From IMG/VR virus record IMGVR_UViG_3300027751_000012: 64,000 bases of DNA. One strand, 5' to 3'. Source of the DNA: an uncultured virus (IMG/VR IMGVR_UViG_3300027751_000012). Lineage: Duplodnaviria; Heunggongvirae; Uroviricota; Caudoviricetes. Made by a program: the position numbers and the translations under genes. The notes below the pieces were generated by a model. That model was not told the DNA's origin. It saw only the letters and a program-made list of their open reading frames with translations, and did not search any database. Shown in pieces: positions 59,498-64,000 of the stretch (its first letter is position 1; every line of letters starts with the position of its first letter).

Positions 59498-60343
59498 CTA
59501 TACAGCACGTACTCTTGGCGTAAAGGAAAATGGAACAAAGTTGAATGGTGTAAATGCAAAGTTTCCAAATGGAACAAAGTTGAATGGTGTAAATGCAAAG
59601 TTGTTGAATGGTACAAAGCTAAATGGCACGAAGCTAAAGTTTCCGAATGGCACAAAGCTAAATGGTACAAAGCCAAAGTTTCCAAATGGTACAAAGCTAA
59701 ATGGAGTAAATCCAAAAGTAGTTATGCTTGCTGAATTTGCAGAATAAACTCCAACACCATTGGCGTTTTCAGCACGTACCTGATAGGTTTGAGCAGTTCC
59801 ACCCTCTTGATCTACGGTAACAGAGTTAGATGTTGTAGTTCCAGTCTTTCCATCTGAAGATGTCCATGTATACTGAGTTATGGCACTACCACCGCTTGTT
59901 GGAGTGGTCCAGCTTACAACATCCTGGCTTGCTCCAGTAACGTTAGTTCCAGCTGATGGTACTGGTGTGGTAACTGTTGGTGCCGAAGGAGTTGCTGGCA
60001 CTGTTGTGACTACAAGCTGACCACCATCAGCTACAGGAGAGTCGCCTGAGGCATTTGTAGCAATCATTGTAACAAATGTGTCTACGGCAGAAGCTAGGCC
60101 CTCTACGACGATTGGAGAAGAAGATCCAGATGCAGTCCTAGTTGGCTCACCACTCTGTGTTGCTGTAACTGTATAGGATGTTGCAGCAGGAGAATTAGCA
60201 GGCAATGAGAAGCTTACGGAAACCGCACCATTGTTGTATGGACGGTCAGTCACGTTGCTTGGTGTTACGCTAATGGGTGCCAGTGGCTCCAAAAAGTCGT
60301 TAGAGCTCTGTGAGTTTGCACCCAGATTTTTTCCAATTGCCAT
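59498..60343 (-). CDS. FN3-domain protein with a C-terminal Phe/Pro repeat tail
   Basis: Two FN3-like domains (SYTVTAT...GSSSPIVVEGL; VSWTTPTSGGSAIT...YQVRAENANG) followed by FxFxP repeats. Confidence 0.8.
   Translation of the reverse strand: MAIGKNLGANSQSSNDFLEPLAPISVTPSNVTDRPYNNGAVSVSFSLPANSPAATSYTVTATQSGEPTRTASGSSSPIVVEGLASAVDTFVTMIATNASGDSPVADGGQLVVTTVPATPSAPTVTTPVPSAGTNVTGASQDVVSWTTPTSGGSAITQYTWTSSDGKTGTTTSNSVTVDQEGGTAQTYQVRAENANGVGVYSANSASITTFGFTPFSFVPFGNFGFVPFSFVPFGNFSFVPFSFVPFNNFAFTPFNFVPFGNFAFTPFNFVPFSFTPRVRAV
59516..59716 (-). repeat. coding tandem repeat, 39-nt/13-aa period
   Basis: FGFTP FSFVP FGN FGFVP FSFVP FGN FSFVP FSFVP FNN FAFTP FNFVP FGN FAFTP FNFVP FSFTP; 36 nt identical at 59528-59563 and 59567-59602. 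Confidence 0.95.
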
Positions 60344-60373
60344 GCTAATTATCTCCTGTCGTAATTTTAGTTA

Positions 60374-62029
60374 TTAAGCTGATGTGTCACCAAAGACTAG
60401 CCAGTTGTTAGCTCCACGCTTTAGCAGAGTAACAGATGACCACTGTGCACGTAGCTTTAGCCCTGGAGTTGCATTAACTGTAACTCCTACTTCACCTGCG
60501 ATGGTGACCTGGCCAGTACCAGTCTGAATTACATCTAGAGTAGTACCTACTGGGAAGTCTAAAGTTGCATCTGTTGGAATCGTCAAAGTTGTTGCAGATG
60601 AGCTGTTTACCTCAACAATTGTATCACGCTCTGTAGTTGCAGATAGTGTGTATGATGCGGTCTTCTCAGAGATTGGGGTAATTGAAGGCACTCCAACCTT
60701 TGTCTGGGTTCCATCTGTGAACACAACACCAGCCACCTCAACATTGTTGACTGCTAGGTCATCGAGTGATCCTTGACCAAAGTTAATCGTTGTGCTTGGC
60801 TCATCTGTAACGCCCTTGAATAGTTTCCAGATGCCCTCAGAAGAGTCACGGACAATACCTGAGTGTTGGTAGATTCCGTCATCAAACGAACCTACAAGAC
60901 CTAGGTCTGCAGTGTTTCCTGTTGAACCCTCACCAATGTAAATCATTGGGTCATTTACGACTAGGTCCTGTGTGCTAACTGTGGTGGTAGTACCAGATAC
61001 TGTGAAGTTTCCAGCAACTGTAATATCTCCATCAAATGTCTGGGCTACTGCACTTAGGAGTGCTAGGTCTGATGTATCAGCAATTCCGTGAACATTTGTG
61101 GTGACTGCAGCGTGAGCTACAATCTCTCCATCTGCGTGCCCCTCAGCAGCTGTTTGTGCTGTTGCTGCAGATCCTGCTGCATCGTAGTTAGAGGCTAGTC
61201 CATCTGCATATGTCTGTGCAGCTGTCTGAGCTGTGGAGACATCTGAAGTAGTTGCCAAAAGTGATGTATCTGCAATACCGTGGACAGATGTTGTCTCTGC
61301 ATTGTGGCTTGTTACTGCTGAGGATGCTGCTCCTGCCGAATCATAGTTGCTGGCAAGACCATCTGCGTAAGCTTCTGCCGTTGCCTCGGCTGCTGCCTGG
61401 GCATCGGAGACGTTAGTGGTTGTTGCAAGTACAGTCGTGTCTGCAATACCGTGAACATTTGCAGTTAGTACGCTAAATGCAGCAATAGCGGCATCTCTGT
61501 CAGTAACTTCCTGGGCAATTGCTGCATCGGCATCGTCTACTCTTCCAGAAAGTGTAGTAACGTCTGCTTCTACAGCAGTAATTTGCAAGTTTGCAGAGTC
61601 AATGTTTGACTGTAGGGTTGAATCGGCTACCTCTAGGTCAGCAACAGCGTCTGCAACTTCTGTGTCAGTATAGCCGTTTGCATCTAAAAGGGTTTGTGCA
61701 ATTGACCCGTTAATAGTAGTGGTTGCATCTGCCAAATCCTGAGTAAGGTTTGCAATAGAAGTTGTGTTTCCACCAACAACAGAGAAGAAGTCTGGGTTAT
61801 TGTCGATAGCAGCGGCTAGCTCTTCTAGTGTATCTAGAGTAGCTGGGGCTGCTCCCAGGATTGCCGAAGCATCTGAGAATGCCTCAATGTTGCTCCATGT
61901 ATTGGTGCCATCACCAATCTTAAACTTGCCAGTGTCTGTCTCGTAACCGAACTCACCTGCTGCAAGGATCGGGTTTGCAGCTGTCCATTCTGCAGCTGTA
62001 CCTCTACGCTGTTGCATTCTCGTTGCCAT
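60374..62029 (-). CDS. tail fibre protein with Mtd-like N-terminus
   Basis: MQQRRGTAAEWTAANPILAAGEFGYETDTGKFKIGDG, APATLDTLEELAAA and three VHGIADT repeats. Confidence 0.8.
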   Translation of the reverse strand: MATRMQQRRGTAAEWTAANPILAAGEFGYETDTGKFKIGDGTNTWSNIEAFSDASAILGAAPATLDTLEELAAAIDNNPDFFSVVGGNTTSIANLTQDLADATTTINGSIAQTLLDANGYTDTEVADAVADLEVADSTLQSNIDSANLQITAVEADVTTLSGRVDDADAAIAQEVTDRDAAIAAFSVLTANVHGIADTTVLATTTNVSDAQAAAEATAEAYADGLASNYDSAGAASSAVTSHNAETTSVHGIADTSLLATTSDVSTAQTAAQTYADGLASNYDAAGSAATAQTAAEGHADGEIVAHAAVTTNVHGIADTSDLALLSAVAQTFDGDITVAGNFTVSGTTTTVSTQDLVVNDPMIYIGEGSTGNTADLGLVGSFDDGIYQHSGIVRDSSEGIWKLFKGVTDEPSTTINFGQGSLDDLAVNNVEVAGVVFTDGTQTKVGVPSITPISEKTASYTLSATTERDTIVEVNSSSATTLTIPTDATLDFPVGTTLDVIQTGTGQVTIAGEVGVTVNATPGLKLRAQWSSVTLLKRGANNWLVFGDTSA

Positions 62030-62094
62030 AATTTACTTTCTCCTAATGGGGTTTTCCCAACTATACAATTATATACTGCTTTTTAAAACTATGA

Positions 62095-62550
62095 TTAGTT
62101 GTACTGATCTACAACCAACCCTCCGCTCCAAGTGTCTGCCCAGTCTGTGTCTGTAGCAGAGCCAGCATCTGTTGTCCAGTAGTATGTGCTTGTTGGTGTT
62201 CCAGCATCCATAAATATAGATACTATAAGTCCAGTGCCATCAATTGCTGTGTCGTGAATGTGGTCTTGCAGTACTGATGCATCATCTAGCGTTGCAAGTG
62301 CAATCCACTGCTCACCACTAAAGACATGAAGCCTTTGAGACACTGTGTCTAGCCACATCTGACCATTTTCTGGGGTTGATGGTGCTGTGCTATCAACAAC
62401 TGGCAAGCTAACAGAATCTACATAACCTTTTGTTGCAATGTGCGAGTTAGCTGTTGGAGCTGACGATACAGAAACTGTTCCCTGTATTACAGCATTTCCA
62501 TTTACGTAAATTCCATTTTTGACTTTAAAGTCTTTATCTGATATTGCCAT
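62095..62550 (-). CDS. small virion/fibre-associated protein, paralog of 62569..62916
   Basis: DFKVKNG, ATKGYVD, STAPST, GQMWLD and HIHDTAIDGTG. Confidence 0.7.
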   Translation of the reverse strand: MAISDKDFKVKNGIYVNGNAVIQGTVSVSSAPTANSHIATKGYVDSVSLPVVDSTAPSTPENGQMWLDTVSQRLHVFSGEQWIALATLDDASVLQDHIHDTAIDGTGLIVSIFMDAGTPTSTYYWTTDAGSATDTDWADTWSGGLVVDQYN

Positions 62551-62568
62551 TAATAACTAGTCTCCTAC

Positions 62569-62916
62569 CTAAAGTATCTCAATAATTCTTCCAGTACCGT
62601 CAATTGCTGTGTCATGAATATGTTCAGGAATAAAGTTTGCATCCTCTGTGGTTGCTAACAAAGTCCAATCTGAACCATTATAGACCTTTAGCCTAGGCTC
62701 TACTGGATTTGACATATCAAGCCATAGCTTTCCAGGTACTAGTGTTGATGGGGCTGTAGAATCTACTGTGGCTAAACCAAGGTTTCTAGCATATCCTACT
62801 GTTGCAGCATGATTACTTTCAGTTGGCTCAGCAGCTGATAAAGACCCAATAAAGTTTGCATCTCCTGCGACCTGCAGTCCATGCTTTATCTTAAAGTCTT
62901 CACTTGTAGTAGACAT
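62569..62916 (-). CDS. small virion/fibre-associated protein, paralog of 62095..62550
   Basis: DFKIKHG, ATVGYA, STAPST, GKLWLD and HIHDTAIDGTG. Confidence 0.7.
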   Translation of the reverse strand: MSTTSEDFKIKHGLQVAGDANFIGSLSAAEPTESNHAATVGYARNLGLATVDSTAPSTLVPGKLWLDMSNPVEPRLKVYNGSDWTLLATTEDANFIPEHIHDTAIDGTGRIIEIL

Positions 62917-62939
62917 TACAGCCCCATCCTCCTATTTAA

Positions 62940-63998
62940 TTATACTAGCAGAGTTCCTACAACAGTAACATCGGAATTATTGTTAAGTGTTGTTACAAGA
63001 AGCTCTACGTCTGTTCCGTTCATTAATGCAGTAACAGTTGCAAGCGATCCGTTAGTTCCAACCATTGCATATTCTGTAATTGCAATGTTGTCAGCTGTAT
63101 CTAGAGTAATTAGAACCTCAGATACTTCTGTGTGAACACCAGAAGCAACCTTTACCAGGAACTTAGCTGTTCTGTATGCAGTTCCAGAGAATCCGTAGCC
63201 AACTACCTGGCTAGCAGTTGCAACATTCTGAGTTGCAGCTACCTGTAGTGCAACGGAGTTTACATCCACTGCCTCGTAGGTTGGTGTTGCAGTTGCGTCA
63301 CCAGTTGCTACTAGGGTGTCTGCATAGCCCTCAGCTGCAGTCTGAGCTGCGGTAGCCTTGCTAGATGCATCCGATGCTGCAGTAGAGATTGCTTCTGACT
63401 TAGCAGTTGCAATGTCTGAAGCTACGGCTGCCTGAGCACGTGCATTGGTGAAGTAAAGGTTGGTAACACCTTCAGCTAGGTCATCAGTGTCAGAATCTGC
63501 AACACCGTTCTCTGCTGTAATTGTTAGACCAGCACCGTCACCAGTGATTGTAATGTTAGTTAGTGATGCACCAGTTAGAAGTGATGCAGCATCTGTCTGT
63601 GCCTTTGCAGTTGTGTAGTACTCGTTTGTACCCTCAGCTACATCGTCAGTTGTTAGAGCATCGATAGTTCCGTTGATGGTTGTCTCAATGCCGTCTGCGT
63701 ATAGCTCTGCTGCTGCCTGAGCATCGTCAACGTACTTCTTAGTAGCAGCGTGTAGATCTACTGTTGGAGCACCAGATAGAGTTAGTGCACCAGTCATGGT
63801 GTCGCCAGACTTACTTACCTTAGTACCGATCTCGGTGGTTAGGTTAGTGATTACATCTGGGTTATCACCAAGGGCTGCAGCTAGCTCATTTAGAGTATCT
63901 AGTGTAGCTGGAGCAGAATCTACAAGGTCAGCGACTGCACTTGCAATCCTGTCTGTAATAGTGTTTCCGCCCGTGCCATCTACTGTGCCATCACCGAT
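62940..63998 (-). CDS. tail fibre-like protein, starts beyond the right edge
   Basis: Frame stays open from the window edge (IGDGTVDGTGGNTITDRI...SAPATLDTLNELAAALGD...KSGDTMTGAL); AATKKYVD and two TDD(V/L)AEG..N.Y(Y/F)T repeats. Confidence 0.8.
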   Translation of the reverse strand: MGDGTVDGTGGNTITDRIASAVADLVDSAPATLDTLNELAAALGDNPDVITNLTTEIGTKVSKSGDTMTGALTLSGAPTVDLHAATKKYVDDAQAAAELYADGIETTINGTIDALTTDDVAEGTNEYYTTAKAQTDAASLLTGASLTNITITGDGAGLTITAENGVADSDTDDLAEGVTNLYFTNARAQAAVASDIATAKSEAISTAASDASSKATAAQTAAEGYADTLVATGDATATPTYEAVDVNSVALQVAATQNVATASQVVGYGFSGTAYRTAKFLVKVASGVHTEVSEVLITLDTADNIAITEYAMVGTNGSLATVTALMNGTDVELLVTTLNNNSDVTVVGTLLV

Positions 63999-64000
63999 TA

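Noticed and set aside
59516..59716. CRISPR array or non-coding repeat
   Set aside because: Units are contiguous with a 39-nt period and no unique spacers, and they vary at synonymous positions of the minus-strand FN3 ORF.
59467..59747. Alternative-frame ORFs 59467..59715 (-) and 59541..59747 (+) with LALYH or NGTKL repeats
   Set aside because: Shadows of the coding repeat; only the FxFxP frame continues an RBS-led domain protein.
57531..62029. Diversity-generating retroelement suggested by Mtd-like N-termini
   Set aside because: No reverse transcriptase and no template/variable repeat pair differing at adenines seen in the window; the C-termini are not obviously CLec-like.

Overview
This window is an internal 64 kb segment of a large, long-tailed dsDNA bacteriophage. 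It is siphovirus-like and probably infects an actinobacterium, judging from its actinobacterial-type class Ib nrdIEF, its DnaE-type polymerase and its many apparently leaderless genes. Every credible gene lies on the minus strand, so transcription runs right to left. In that order the window holds: tail fibre/adhesin genes; portal, prohead protease-scaffold and major capsid; neck and tail genes with a 2448-aa tape measure; a replication/recombination block (DnaB, DnaG, SSB, DnaE, RecA, DnaQ-like, Cas4-like and RuvC-like nucleases); small and large terminase; nrdI-nrdE-nrdF; membrane proteins; three tRNAs (Asn, Asp, Thr); and a cluster of putative tailoring enzymes. Three things stand out. (1) A fibronectin-III protein in the fibre module ends in 11 F-x-F-x-P pentamers and is followed directly by a 2OG-Fe(II)-type oxygenase. 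The window also encodes four more oxygenases, a GT60-like glycosyltransferase, an SGNH protein and DUF6065-like paralogs, which together make a candidate phage-encoded protein-modification system. (2) The tail assembly chaperones G and GT appear to be two duplicated genes with separate promoters instead of one frameshifting gene. (3) About 17 intergenic -10 boxes (TATAAT-type) recur, several exactly 5-6 nt before an ATG (leaderless) and several built from the upstream stop codon. All family calls come from motif recognition by eye; no searches were run.
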